Part shown: piece by piece, positions 37,610 to 48,900 of the stretch
Numbering within the stretch: the stretch's first letter is position 1
Layout of the letters: every line of letters begins with the position of its first letter
IMG/VR virus record: IMGVR_UViG_3300048917_000432
Span: 993 to 64,992 of that record
Strand: one strand, 5' to 3'
DNA length: 64,000 nucleotides
Source of the DNA: a virus
Taxonomy: Duplodnaviria > Caudoviricetes
Made by a program: the position numbers and the translations under genes
Notes under the pieces: generated by a model
The model's input: only the letters and a program-made list of their open reading frames with translations
The model's database searches: none
What the model was told of the DNA's origin: nothing

Positions 37610-37612
37610 GCC

Positions 37613-38056
37613 ATGGCCGACATCGTCCTGTCCGCACTGGTGTCCAGGGATGCGCTGGGGTTGCTGCCGTTGGAGATCGCCGACGGCAACCCCTACTACC
37701 TGGCCACCCAGTTCATGGGGGCCGCCGTGGCCTGGGACCGGCAGTCGGTGACCAGCAGGTGGGTGGACGGGGACTACACCGTGTCCCGGCGACGGGCGAA
37801 TGTCATCGAGCAGGTCGGGGTGGAGACGCTGGCCGACACCATGCTGCAGCTGCGTGCCCGGCTGACCACCCTGATCGAAGCGTTCACCCAGGACCATTTC
37901 GTCTTCACCATCACCGTGGACGGCGCGATCTTCGCCTACGACTGCGAGGCGGCCGACTACACCAATTCGATGTGGACGACGCCGCGCCTGGCGTCCTGTC
38001 AGGGCCAGGTGCTGTTCAGCGTGCCCCGGCGGCCTATCGCTGTAGCGGGAGTGTGA
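37613..38056 (+). CDS. Minor tail protein (distal-tail-like)
   Basis: Beta-rich, within tail cluster. Confidence 0.55.
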   Translation: MADIVLSALVSRDALGLLPLEIADGNPYYLATQFMGAAVAWDRQSVTSRWVDGDYTVSRRRANVIEQVGVETLADTMLQLRARLTTLIEAFTQDHFVFTITVDGAIFAYDCEAADYTNSMWTTPRLASCQGQVLFSVPRRPIAVAGV

Positions 38057-38063
38057 GGTAGCG

Positions 38064-38483
38064 ATGGCCGGCGGCATCTCCACGCGCGCATCCAACGTGT
38101 GGCTGCCGGCCCTGTTCGGGATCGGCGCCATTCCGCAGCAGTACTACGTGGGTCTGGTGACCGCGGAGCCGCGGGGCAACGACACCGGCACCAGCATCTT
38201 CGCCATCGAGCCGTCCGGCTCCGCCTACCGCCGCCAGCTGTACTCCATCGGGCCGTCGTGGTGGCAGGTCACCGGGGGCTCGGTGTCCAACAAGTCCGCG
38301 GTCACCTTCCCCACGCCCCTGGCCAACTGGGGCTACATCACCCATTTCGTGCTGTGCAGCGCCCAGAACTTCGGCGACCTGTTCGCCTGGGGCGTTTTGC
38401 AGAATCCGCAAAACGTGGTGCAGGACGTGCCGCCCCGGTTCCCCGCCGGAGCGATGATCCTGACCATGCCGGCGAGCTCGTAA
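38064..38483 (+). CDS. Minor tail protein (paralog of 41844..42206)
   Basis: AYRRQ..SNKSAVTFPTPLANWGYITHF..FPAGAM. Confidence 0.7.
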   Translation: MAGGISTRASNVWLPALFGIGAIPQQYYVGLVTAEPRGNDTGTSIFAIEPSGSAYRRQLYSIGPSWWQVTGGSVSNKSAVTFPTPLANWGYITHFVLCSAQNFGDLFAWGVLQNPQNVVQDVPPRFPAGAMILTMPASS

Positions 38484-39664
38484 TGGCGGCCCCGGTGGAT
38501 CTGACCGCGGATCCGATCAAGGTGGGGCTCGACATCGGTGGATGGGTGACCACCGACCCGTCGGTGCGGTTCACCTCTGTGCATGGCGTCGCCCCGGTCG
38601 CCCCGCGGGCCACCGCGGTGGTGACGTTGCAGGCGCCGGAACCGGTGATCCATCTGGGCCGGCCGGAGATGCCCCGGTTCCGGGTGTCCAACCCGACGAC
38701 GATGACGCTTCACCAGGGCGTCGGTCATGCTCGGGCGGTGCCCAACCCGGCGCCGGTGTGGGACCCGCAACAGGGCAAGTGGGTGGTGCCGCCCGGCCTG
38801 GGCGGGGTGGGCACCTACCGCTGGACAGTGGCCACGTTGCCGCTGCTGGACGACTACGTCGCCGGGAAGTACGACCTGGGCAGCCGGTCCGGCCTGGACG
38901 AAACCACCGCCATTCCGGACAACCAGACCGGCTGGTATCCCGACGACGGCTCCGAAGTGAAGAACGGACCCATCTGGCACGCCGAATATCCGTTCAAACC
39001 CACCGTGGCGGTGCGCAAGTCGGTGGTGGCCGGCAAGACCATCGTCCATCCGATCGGGGTGCATTTTTCCAGCGGCAACCTCTCCCACATGTGGCTGGAC
39101 ATGGGGGCGAGCAAGCCGCAGCCGTTCACCTGGATCATCGTGGCGATCCTGACCCGCCGATTCGTGAAGCCCCTGCCGATCCGGCAGGTCATCCTGGAGG
39201 CCGGCCGCAACCCGTACCAGGTGGGGGTGCCGCAGAAGACCCCCGCCCAGCTGGGCGACAACATCGTGGTGAACGACGGGCTGGCCTATCACACCGCGCT
39301 GGCCAGCTCCGGGGACAACATCCAGATGTCCACCCTGCCCACCAGCGGTTCGCTGATCGCGGGCGGCATGTCCGGGGTCCGGCCGATGATGTTCGCCACC
39401 GTGTTCAACGGGGCCAGCTCGGTGCTGTTCGTCAAGGACAACTTGCATCAGGCCCGGGTGACCGGAACCGTGCAGAACGGGGCCCCCTACCAGCACCGCT
39501 ACTACGTGCTGGGCCGCAACCAGGGGCAGCTCAACGACCTGTTCGGTCAGGAGATGGTCGTCTTCGAAATGCGGTTCTGGACCCGGGTGCTCACCACCGC
39601 TGAGATCGACTCCCAGTACTCCGAGCTGTCCTCCACCTACCTGTTCAGTAAGTACACCAAATGA
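38483..39664 (+). CDS. Minor tail protein with LamG/ConA-like domain
   Basis: TAATG coupling; QPFTWIIV..FNGASS..LGR..EMRFWTRVLTTAEI. Confidence 0.65.
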   Translation: MAAPVDLTADPIKVGLDIGGWVTTDPSVRFTSVHGVAPVAPRATAVVTLQAPEPVIHLGRPEMPRFRVSNPTTMTLHQGVGHARAVPNPAPVWDPQQGKWVVPPGLGGVGTYRWTVATLPLLDDYVAGKYDLGSRSGLDETTAIPDNQTGWYPDDGSEVKNGPIWHAEYPFKPTVAVRKSVVAGKTIVHPIGVHFSSGNLSHMWLDMGASKPQPFTWIIVAILTRRFVKPLPIRQVILEAGRNPYQVGVPQKTPAQLGDNIVVNDGLAYHTALASSGDNIQMSTLPTSGSLIAGGMSGVRPMMFATVFNGASSVLFVKDNLHQARVTGTVQNGAPYQHRYYVLGRNQGQLNDLFGQEMVVFEMRFWTRVLTTAEIDSQYSELSSTYLFSKYTK

Positions 39665-41847
39665 GCCCCTGGACGTTCACCGCCAGCGCCGGGGTGCCCG
39701 GCCGGTTCCTCATCGCCGCGACGGGCTACAGCACCGACGGCCGCAACGTGGACATCACCACGGTGCGCGGCGTGCCCACCATGATCACGTCGTTCTCGTC
39801 GGCGGACCCGTTCGGCGACGCCTCCGCGGTGCTGTCCTTCCCCGGCATCACCCCGCTGGACGACATGGATTCGATCGAGCTGCGCCGCTGGCTGCGGTTC
39901 TACTCCGACATCGACATCTACTGGGCGCCGGCCACTCCCGCGCCGGGCAACGCCGACCCGGTGGACCTGGTGATCGACCCGGCGACCAACCGGGCCAACC
40001 TGACCGCGCCGTACACCAACGCCATCAAGGTCTGGGAGGGCTACATCGCCTCCATGGCGTTCAACGACGAGTCCGGTCTCGAGGTGTCCTGCCAGGGCGC
40101 GCTGTTCCAGGTGGACCGCTACAAGGCGAAGCCGTTCTTCCCCAACCGGCCGTGGCCGCTGGAGGCGCTGATCGCCGAGCAGTTCGCCCTGACCCGGCGG
40201 CCCGGGCTGCGGACCAAGCCGCTGGTGATGACCTGGCCCACCGGGTGGACCCGGGTGGCGCCGGCGCCGGAGACCGGGCAGCCCACCTTCTACGCCCCGG
40301 TGGTCGCCGCGGGGGCCAAATGGACGGGGTACTACAGCCGGGAGACCGGTGCCTGGGATGCGTCGCTGACCGGGTTCGTGCAGGACCAGCTGACCCCGAT
40401 GATCACCCGCCCGGAGGACGGCGCCTCGGTGGCCCCCGGGGATCAGTGGACGATCCGCAAGCGCATCAACCGCGTGCCGGAGATGATGGTCCGGAACCGC
40501 AACCGGCCGCCCGACTTCGAGCTGTGGGCGGGCCAGCCCGGGGTGAAGCTGAGCGTCACCGGGGATTCCACCCAGTGCGAGAACGTCATCTACGGGCAGG
40601 GTTCCGACCTCGGGGGCGGTAGCTGGAACGGCTCGATCATCTCCAACGACGGGTCCCGCACCGACTACGCCCCACTGGCCTACTGGTCGGCGGTGTGGCC
40701 GCCGGACAGCAACCTGAACTCGCCCGGGGTGTTCGTCACCGAGGCCTACACCAAGTTCGCCAACGGCTTCTCCCAGGACCAGGCGGAGGACGTCGCACAG
40801 CAGTACCTGGCCCGCGACCGGGAACCGGGGTGGACCGGCTCGATCGCGCTGAGCATCGACCCGTCCACCACCATGTCCCGGTGGCAGATCGCCGCAGGCA
40901 TGACGGTGCTGCTCAAGGGCTTCATGGGGACCGGCATCTACGGGACGCGCTTCCACATCTCCGCGGTCAGCTGCTCCCCCGAGTCGGGCACCGTGGATCT
41001 GACCGTGGACACCCGGTACCGGGATCTGCTCACCGTGCAGGAGACGATTCTGCGCAACCGGGACCCGCTGACACCGATCAAGATGCTGCAGGTCAACCGG
41101 GCCTCCAATGCCGTGGAGGACATCCAGCAGCCGTGGAACTACTCGGCCGGCTCGGGGAACATCCCCACCAAGAGCAAGGACTTCCACAAGACCCGGCCGC
41201 TCGGTGAAGGGTTCCCCTATGCGGCCTGGGCGGCCGGGCACCCCCCGACCACCAACCCGGACTACTACGTCAAATGCAACGCGAGCTCCAGCAGCTACGT
41301 GAACCGCTGGGCCGGGCCGATCGCGATCCTCACCTCGGAGCGCGGCGAGATCATCCGCACCGAGTTCGCCGCGTACGACAAGAACGGGAAGGTGCTGAAG
41401 ATCCCGTTCCACGTCTCCATCTACAGCTTGGACGTGTCCGCCGACGAGATGCCCACCGCGGCCAACGGGGTGGGTCCCAGCCCGTACATCAACAATGCCT
41501 TCGAATCCAAGGACCCGACCACCGGGCAGGACTGGCCGCCGAGCAACTACCTGGCCCCGCCGGACAGCTTCATCGTCGGCTGGGGTAACCGGGTGAACGG
41601 CGTCTACAACCGGGCGGGCTTCTACACCGGCGCGGAAGCGGACGGTCACCCTCCCACGGGGCTGTTCGTGGACTCCACCAGCTGGTCGTACGACAACACC
41701 GGCAACATCGAGTACGACCCGACCTTGCCGAACGGTCTGCAGGACGACCTGGCGGTGACCATCTATGCGATGTTCTATGCCGAGGCCAGCCAACCGGTGT
41801 ATTTCATGGGCCGGCTGTTCCGCAAGAACCCGGGAGGGTCTTCATGA
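39661..41847 (+). CDS. Large minor tail (hub/baseplate-like) protein
   Basis: 728 aa in tail cluster; DIDIYW..VWEGYI..VSCQG. Confidence 0.65.
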   Translation: MSPWTFTASAGVPGRFLIAATGYSTDGRNVDITTVRGVPTMITSFSSADPFGDASAVLSFPGITPLDDMDSIELRRWLRFYSDIDIYWAPATPAPGNADPVDLVIDPATNRANLTAPYTNAIKVWEGYIASMAFNDESGLEVSCQGALFQVDRYKAKPFFPNRPWPLEALIAEQFALTRRPGLRTKPLVMTWPTGWTRVAPAPETGQPTFYAPVVAAGAKWTGYYSRETGAWDASLTGFVQDQLTPMITRPEDGASVAPGDQWTIRKRINRVPEMMVRNRNRPPDFELWAGQPGVKLSVTGDSTQCENVIYGQGSDLGGGSWNGSIISNDGSRTDYAPLAYWSAVWPPDSNLNSPGVFVTEAYTKFANGFSQDQAEDVAQQYLARDREPGWTGSIALSIDPSTTMSRWQIAAGMTVLLKGFMGTGIYGTRFHISAVSCSPESGTVDLTVDTRYRDLLTVQETILRNRDPLTPIKMLQVNRASNAVEDIQQPWNYSAGSGNIPTKSKDFHKTRPLGEGFPYAAWAAGHPPTTNPDYYVKCNASSSSYVNRWAGPIAILTSERGEIIRTEFAAYDKNGKVLKIPFHVSIYSLDVSADEMPTAANGVGPSPYINNAFESKDPTTGQDWPPSNYLAPPDSFIVGWGNRVNGVYNRAGFYTGAEADGHPPTGLFVDSTSWSYDNTGNIEYDPTLPNGLQDDLAVTIYAMFYAEASQPVYFMGRLFRKNPGGSS

Positions 41848-42206
41848 GCAGCAGCTACCTCTCCACCTGGGCGGCGAACTCGTCGCTGGATTTCCTGCTG
41901 GCCTCCGCGTTCCTGTCCTGCCACATCGACGACCCCACCCCGGCCGGCCTGGGGTCCACCGAGATCCTGGGCGGCGGCTATCAGCGGCAGCCGATCACTT
42001 TCTCCGGCGCCGCCAACCGGGCCGCGGTGTCCAACAACCCGCAGGTGTTCACCGGGATGCCCGAGTGCACCGTGTTCTGGCTGGGCGTCTGGAACGGCCT
42101 GGCCGGCGGCCGGATGGTGTCGGCGGTGCAAGTGAGTCCGGCCATCCCGGTGCCCGCGTCCGGCCAGTTCGTGGTGGCCGCCGGCGACATCGCCATCCTG
42201 TTCTAA
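41844..42206 (+). CDS. Minor tail protein (paralog of 38064..38483)
   Basis: GYQRQPITF..SNNPQVFTGM..LGVWN..AAGDIAI. Confidence 0.7.
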   Translation: MSSSYLSTWAANSSLDFLLASAFLSCHIDDPTPAGLGSTEILGGGYQRQPITFSGAANRAAVSNNPQVFTGMPECTVFWLGVWNGLAGGRMVSAVQVSPAIPVPASGQFVVAAGDIAILF

Positions 42207-42232
42207 GTGCTGCCGGAGCGAGGAGCCCCCAG

Positions 42233-42745
42233 ATGAATGTGAAGCAGTTCGCGCTGGACACCGTTGAGCGCGCGGTGGCGACCTTCGTCGAAGTCCTGGT
42301 GGTGATGCTGTTCGCGGCGGACGGGAGCATCCTGGTCGATCCGCAGTGGTCGACGTCGCTGGCGGCCGCTGGGATCGCCGCCGCGGTGACGGTGCTGACC
42401 AGCCTGGCGTCCATCCCGGTGCCGCCGCTGCCGCCGCTGCTCGACCTGGCCTTCCGGGTGGTCAAGACGTTCATCCAGGCGTTCGTGGGTGCCCTGGTGG
42501 CCACCGGTCCCGCGGTGGACTGGAAGGGGGCGCTCACCACAGCGCTCCCGGTGGCCCTGCTGGCGCTGCTGAAGGGCCTGGCCGCGATGAACGTGCCGCG
42601 CACCGCAGACGGACCGTCACTGCTGCCTGAGTCGATGATCGAGCCCTTCGATCCGGAGACGTACGGCCGGCACGCCGCCCCGGTGCCGTCTCCGGCCCCG
42701 CGGATCGGGCACCGCGCCCCCGAGCCAGGGAATCAGGCCATCTGA
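42233..42745 (+). CDS. Holin with tandem r1t-type domains
   Basis: ERAVATFV..W..LTSLAS and RVVKTFIQ..VDW..GPSL; four TM; RBS AGGAG. Confidence 0.75.
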   Translation: MNVKQFALDTVERAVATFVEVLVVMLFAADGSILVDPQWSTSLAAAGIAAAVTVLTSLASIPVPPLPPLLDLAFRVVKTFIQAFVGALVATGPAVDWKGALTTALPVALLALLKGLAAMNVPRTADGPSLLPESMIEPFDPETYGRHAAPVPSPAPRIGHRAPEPGNQAI

Positions 42746-44298
42746 TGCGGAAGATCATCCTGCCGTACCCCCCGGCGGACCGGGAACAGCTCTGGTACGC
42801 GGTTAAGGCGCTGATGGGGGTGCAGATCCCGCGCACCAAGGTGTGCCCGGACCACTGCGCACCGTTCGACGCCTTCGCTGACGCCTATTTCGGCACCTGC
42901 TCGTTGCCCGGCTTCGAGGGGCAGCCGATCTCCCGGGCCATCTGGCACGCGTCCCGCGGCCTGGCCGGCAAGAGCTACACGATGGCGACCCTGGGGATGA
43001 CCTTCGCCTACATCCTCGGCGCCGACATCACCATCCTCGGCGGTTCCATGTCGCAATCCACCAACGTGCACGAGTACATGGTCAAGGCAATGTCCTACGA
43101 GGGCATCCCGGACGCCATGACCATTGACCAGACGGCGACGAGGATCAAGCTGACCAACGAGGGGCGGATCCGGCCGCTGCCGGCCTCCCAGAAGAACGTC
43201 CGTGGACCCCACCCGTCGATTCTGCTGATGGACGAGGTCGACGAGATGGAGCAGGACATCTACGACGCGGCCCTGGGGCAGCCCCTCCCTCAAGGCAACT
43301 ACCTGGGCCGCATCGTAGACACGTTCACGGTAGTCAGCTCCACCTGGCAGAACGCGCAGGGCACCTTCACCGAAGTGCTCAAGCGGGCCGACGAGAAGCA
43401 CCAGCCGGTCTACCGCTGGTGCTACAAGGAGTCGGCCAACCCGGTGGACGGGTGGCTGACGGACAAGACCATCCAGGCCAAGAAGGATGAAGTCTCGGCG
43501 GAGATGTTCCGCATCGAGTACGACCTGGGTGAGCCCTCGATCGGCAACCGTGCCTTCGACGGGGATGCCGTGGAGGCCGCGTTCAGCCTCAAGTTCAAGC
43601 CCGAGGACAAGATCGGGGAGGGTTCGGGATACGTCGAGCACAAGGTGTCCAAGGACTTCGAGGAGTACCGGTTCGCCCGCCGGGTCAACGCGGCTCAGTA
43701 CGTGGCCGGCGCCGACTGGGCCAAGGAGCAGGACAAGACGATCATCTGGGTGGCCCGGATCGACGGGGACCAGCGCGAGCTCGTCTACTTCCTGCGGGCC
43801 AACCGGCGGCCGTACCCGGTGATGATCGGCTTCCTGAACAAGGCAATGAACTACTACCGGGTGCCGCTCAAGGGCGTCTGGCACGACTCGACCGGCCTGG
43901 GCAACGTGGTCAACGACTACCTCGATATTCGGGCCCGGCCGTTCCCGATGACCGGTGACAAGCGGGCGGTGCTGCTCAACGACTACGTCAACGCGGTGGA
44001 ACGGGGCAAGTGGCGGATGCCCCGGATCACCGCCGCCTACATCGAGCACAAGTACTGCCGCACTGGCGACCTGTACTCGACCGCGCAGGATTTCCACCTG
44101 CCCGACACCGTGTGCGCGGCCGCCTTGGCCGAGTACGCCGCCAAGCGGTTCACCGGTGTGGGTGCGCCCGCGGTGGTCAAGCGTTCCGGCGCCCCGACCG
44201 CGCTGGACCGGGATTTCACCGGCGAGGACAAGAACCGGCGGTTGGACCCGGCCGAGATCGATCTGGACGTGATCGGCTCGTTCAACCTCACCGTCTGA
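42745..44298 (+). CDS. terL: Terminase large subunit
   Basis: Walker A SRGLAGKS, Walker B LLMDEVDE, nuclease GADWAK, HDSTGLG, PDTVCAAAL. Confidence 0.9.
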   Translation: MRKIILPYPPADREQLWYAVKALMGVQIPRTKVCPDHCAPFDAFADAYFGTCSLPGFEGQPISRAIWHASRGLAGKSYTMATLGMTFAYILGADITILGGSMSQSTNVHEYMVKAMSYEGIPDAMTIDQTATRIKLTNEGRIRPLPASQKNVRGPHPSILLMDEVDEMEQDIYDAALGQPLPQGNYLGRIVDTFTVVSSTWQNAQGTFTEVLKRADEKHQPVYRWCYKESANPVDGWLTDKTIQAKKDEVSAEMFRIEYDLGEPSIGNRAFDGDAVEAAFSLKFKPEDKIGEGSGYVEHKVSKDFEEYRFARRVNAAQYVAGADWAKEQDKTIIWVARIDGDQRELVYFLRANRRPYPVMIGFLNKAMNYYRVPLKGVWHDSTGLGNVVNDYLDIRARPFPMTGDKRAVLLNDYVNAVERGKWRMPRITAAYIEHKYCRTGDLYSTAQDFHLPDTVCAAALAEYAAKRFTGVGAPAVVKRSGAPTALDRDFTGEDKNRRLDPAEIDLDVIGSFNLTV

Positions 44299-44372
44299 GG
44301 CGCGTCTGGTTGCTCCTCGGACAATGAGGCCATGAAGCCTTCCAGCACACCCCGGGGACGGAAGGGAGCACG

Positions 44373-45944
44373 GTGACCCAATCCATACCCCAAGAGCTCA
44401 TGGACGCGAATCTCGGCGACGAGGTCAAGCAGTTCCCACCCACCCTTGAGGTCGGTCGCACCGGCCTCAAGCGGTCCGGTGGCTACGTCCAGGACGAGTT
44501 CCTGCCCCAGCTGCGCGGCCGGAACGCGGTCAAGGTCTATCGGGAGATGGCCGAGAACTCTCCCGTGCTCGGCGCGTGGATCTACACGGTCACCCAGCTG
44601 CTGAGCCAGGTCGAATGGCGGGTGGAGCCGGCGTCGCAGAAGCCCGAGGACCGGCAGAACGCGGAGTTCGTCGAGCAGGCCATGGACGACATGGAGCACA
44701 GCTGGGGGGACTTCGTATCCGAGGCCTGCACGATGCTGATCTACGGCTGGTCCGTGCACGAGATCGTGTTCAAGCGCCGCCTGGGGTTGTGGGCCACCAA
44801 TCCGGCGCAGAAGTCCAAGTTCGACGACGGCAAGCTGTCCTGGCGCAAGTTCGCGATCCGGGGTCAGGAGTCGCTGCTGCGCTGGGTGTTCGACCGCAAC
44901 GGTGACGTGCTGGCCATGGTCCAGATGCCGGCGCCCTGGTACGAGAAGATCGTCCTGCCGATGCGCCGGTGCCTGCTGCTGCGGCCGCGGCTGAACAAGA
45001 ACTCCCCCGAGGGGCACTCACTGCTGCGCACCGCGTACCGGCCGTGGTTCATGATCAAGCGCTTCGAGGAGATCGAGGCGGTCGGCATCGAGCGCGACCT
45101 GACGGGTCTCCCGGTGGCCTACGTGCCGCCGAACGTGCTCAACCCCAAGCCCGGCTCCGACGACGCCAAGATGCTGGCCGCCGTGAAGCAGGCCGTGCAG
45201 GCGGTGCGGCGCAACGAGCAGGAGGGCCTGGTCTGGCCGCTGGCCTATGACGACGACCGCAACCTGCAGTACGACTTCAAGCTGCTCACCTCGGGCGGCT
45301 CGCGCCAGTTCAACATCGACGGGGTCATCCAGCGCTACGAGACCCGGATGCTGATGAGCGTGATGGCCGACTTCATCATGACCGGCCACGAGAACAACGG
45401 CTCGTCCTACGCCCTGCACACCGACAAGTCGGGCATCTTCCGGACCGGGGTGAACGGCATCGCCAAGGCGATCGCGGACCCGATCAACCGCAAGGCGATC
45501 CCGCAGCTGTTCAAGCTGAACGGGATGCAGCCGGCCGAGCTGCCCCACCTGGTGCCCAACGACGTCGACCCACCGGACCTGAACCAGCTGGCCGCGTTCA
45601 TCTCGTCCACGTCGTCCGCCGGTATGCAGTGGTTCCCCGACGGGGAACTCGAGAAGTTCATCCGCGATGCCGCCCGGCTGCCGCAGGTGGACGAGGACAT
45701 CCTGCAGGCCCGCAGCGATCAGCAGCGGCAGTCGGTCATCCTCGCCTCGGCCCAGCAGAAGATGGAGGCGATGCAGATGGACATGCAGGCCGCGCAGGCC
45801 CAGCAGGGTCTGGTCCAGGGCGAGCAGCAAATCGCCGGCACCGAGCAGAACCAGCAGTTGCAGGCCCAGCAGGCCCAGCAGGAGGCGGCTCAACCGCCGG
45901 CCAAGCCGGGCGCCAAGATGCCCGCAGCCAAGGGAGGCAAGTGA
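44373..45944 (+). CDS. Portal protein (DUF935/Mu gp29-like) with Gln-rich tail
   Basis: Follows TerL; YGWSVHEI, NKNSPEGHSLLR, AVGIERDLTGLPV. Confidence 0.88.
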   Translation: MTQSIPQELMDANLGDEVKQFPPTLEVGRTGLKRSGGYVQDEFLPQLRGRNAVKVYREMAENSPVLGAWIYTVTQLLSQVEWRVEPASQKPEDRQNAEFVEQAMDDMEHSWGDFVSEACTMLIYGWSVHEIVFKRRLGLWATNPAQKSKFDDGKLSWRKFAIRGQESLLRWVFDRNGDVLAMVQMPAPWYEKIVLPMRRCLLLRPRLNKNSPEGHSLLRTAYRPWFMIKRFEEIEAVGIERDLTGLPVAYVPPNVLNPKPGSDDAKMLAAVKQAVQAVRRNEQEGLVWPLAYDDDRNLQYDFKLLTSGGSRQFNIDGVIQRYETRMLMSVMADFIMTGHENNGSSYALHTDKSGIFRTGVNGIAKAIADPINRKAIPQLFKLNGMQPAELPHLVPNDVDPPDLNQLAAFISSTSSAGMQWFPDGELEKFIRDAARLPQVDEDILQARSDQQRQSVILASAQQKMEAMQMDMQAAQAQQGLVQGEQQIAGTEQNQQLQAQQAQQEAAQPPAKPGAKMPAAKGGK

Positions 45945-48900
45945 TGCCGCTGAAGGAAGGCCGTTCGGCCAAGGCCGTCAGTGCCAACATCCGACTGCTG
46001 CGCCGTGAGGGCCGGCCGGAGAAACAAGCCGTCGCCATTGCGCTGGACCAGAAGAGGAAGCCCCCGGTGGCGAAGTTCGTCGACGCGCCGGGGTTCAACG
46101 CGCACGCGGCCGAGGTCATCTACAAGGCGATGACAGCGATGGACAGCGAATCCGCGCTGATCTTCGGTCGGATCCTGGTCGCGGAAGGGCTGCACTACGA
46201 CCTGATCGCGCACGGGGCCGAGATCAACAAGGCTGCGGGCGAGCTGATCGCCAAGCGGGCCGACGCGCTGCGCCGGCAGTTCTCCCGCACCGCGGTGGCC
46301 AAGAGCCGGGCCGGTGAGGATGCCAGCTACGAGATCCGCTGCCTGGCCGAACTGTCGAAGGCCTGGGACGATCGTGCGTTCTCCACCGGAGCCCGCAGCC
46401 AGCGGGCCAAGGAGCAGCACCGTGGCGCCGGCGGCCGGTTCGTCACCGAGCACACCCGCATCACGACCGACAACGGGCGCACCCCGGCAGCCCCGCGGGC
46501 CGCCGAGAAGATGGACGGCACTCCCCAGGCCTCGCACCTGTCCGGCGCCGACCAGGCGCACTACCAGCAGGCGTACGGGCAGATCCGCGACATGCTCGCG
46601 CCGTACCGCAACCGCGACCTCAACGCGGTGCTGCACCTGAATGTGCAGAACAAGAAGGGCGAGGAGCGCACCGAGATCCTGGACGTCAAGAACGGTCAGG
46701 CGGTGGGGGTGGGCGACGCGCTGCACTCCGAGGACCGGATCCAGACTGCCGCCGTGTCGGTGCACCCCAGGGCCGAGTCCTCCGCCTCGGCCGCGTTCGA
46801 CGCGGTGTCCGCGCTGGGTGGGCAGACGTCCGGCGCCCTCCGCGCGGGTGGGGCCGCGGCGAACATCGCCACCGGGGCGGCGCCCTCCGTCGTGCGCGAG
46901 TACAACGACCGTGGGGTCGGCCTGAAGGGCAACGAGGCCTACTCCGGCAGCACCCGTGCCATGAACCGGGTGGCCGACGCGACCGGGCTGTTGCAGGACA
47001 GCCTGGGCGACATCGCGCCGCGCAAGCTCAAGTACGCCCTGGCCGTGGCCAACCATGTGGGGCAGTTCGGCCCGGAGGCCCAGAAGGTGATCGGGCCGGC
47101 CGCGGATCGTGCCGCGTATCGCTACCGGGGCACCGAGCGCTCGCTGGACACCAAGCTGATCGGCGCGCTCGATCAGCTACGCCGCGATCCCCTGGTCACC
47201 AACAGCCGGCAGTTCACCGAGGCGGCCATCGGGGGGATCGAGCGGGAAGAGGGCTGGGACAGCGGCGCGGTCCTGACCTACTTCCACAACCAGCTGCCCA
47301 ACCCCGACCTGAACGAGTTGCAGCGCAAGTCCGGAGTGATCCCGCCGTCCGAGGGGATCATCATCAACAGCAAGGGCCAGGTCGCACACCAGTCCTCCGG
47401 CTATGCCGACGACTGGTACCTGCCGTTCAACCTCAAGCACCTGACCGGCCTCAAGGGCGGCCAGTACATCCGCACCCGTAGTTTCGGCGGGCCGACCACC
47501 GAGGACATCTACACCGGGCTGATGTCCGGGGCCAAGTCGATGACCGTGATCAGCCACAACGGGATCTACACCGTGGACTTCGACCGGAATCTGCGTGGCG
47601 GCCGCCGGTTCAACGACAAGGCCGCTCGGATGGTCGGTCGTTACGGCAGCCTGCTGGACGCGGTGCGCAATGGGTCGGTGACGGCCGGCGGCAACGTCAG
47701 CCGGTCCCGGATGAACGAGCTGCGGGCCAGTGCTCTGGAGATCGAGCCCGACGAGAACTCGACGCAGTTCAAGACCCTGGTCCGGCAGGCGGAGGCCGAA
47801 GAGCGGCGTAACCCGCAGCTCTCCCAGGTCGAGAAGGACAAGGCCGCGCAGGACTGGCTGGCCACGGCGGCAGGCAGAAACCGCACCCGGGACGGCAACG
47901 TCCAGCGCGGCGATCAGTTGGTCGGCGAAGTATTGGACCGGCGGGCCAACGAGGAGTTCCTGGCCCACAAGGAGGAAGCGGCCCGGTGGGGTGGACCGCC
48001 GCTGAGAAGTCTTTCCCAGATGCGGGCGCAGATCGGGGCCGAATATGCCGCCGCCCCCACCAAGGAAGCCCAGGTCAGGTTGCTGGCCGAGATGATGGGC
48101 AACAAGCAGTCCGACCGGTTCAACGCCCACATGACGCAGGTGGACGAGGCCAACAAGGATCGGCTGGAGCCACTGCGGCTCAACGGCCGCGGCTATCACA
48201 CCGCGCTGCTGGCGCTGAAGGAGCAGTTCCCGTACTACATCGCCGATGTGCGTTACCACGAGTGGCGCGATGAGACCGGCCGCGGCGAGGACACCACTCA
48301 CGAGCGGGCCCAGGACACGGGCTACGTGATGCCCAAGCACAACCGGCCGCAGGAAGCCCAGGCGGGCTACTTCGACGACATGATCAACGGCACCGGCAAG
48401 GTGCGGGCCGACTCCATCCGGCACCAGAACCGCCGGGTGCATCCCGATCCGCTCCCGTTCAAGGAACGTCCGGCGGCTGTCGCCGGCGACCTCGACCTCC
48501 GTGCTACCGCGGCTGGTGGCACGGAGGCCAGGTCGAACGTGCCCGATGCCGCGCGGGCCGCGGATCTGGCGATGATGCATGACCTGCAGACCCAGACCCA
48601 CTTCGCTGAAGGGGCCAAACTGCTGGGAGCCAACGCTGAAGGCGTTCCGGCTGAGGTCGACTTCGGGGGCGGCGAGATTCGGCAGGAGATTAACGACCCG
48701 CGGTTCCCCAACCCCGCGCTCCGGGAGTTCTACAGCCGGACCCCGGCCCAACTGGAGGCGCTGCCGCCGGATGAGTTGACCAGCCTGCTCGATCAGGTGG
48801 TGGGGCTGGCCCAAGGCCGGGAGAAGGTGGTCGCGGTCAACCCCCAGGTAGCGCACCAGTTCGTCAACCGGGGACGGGTGCAGCCCGCCAAGCCGCTGCC

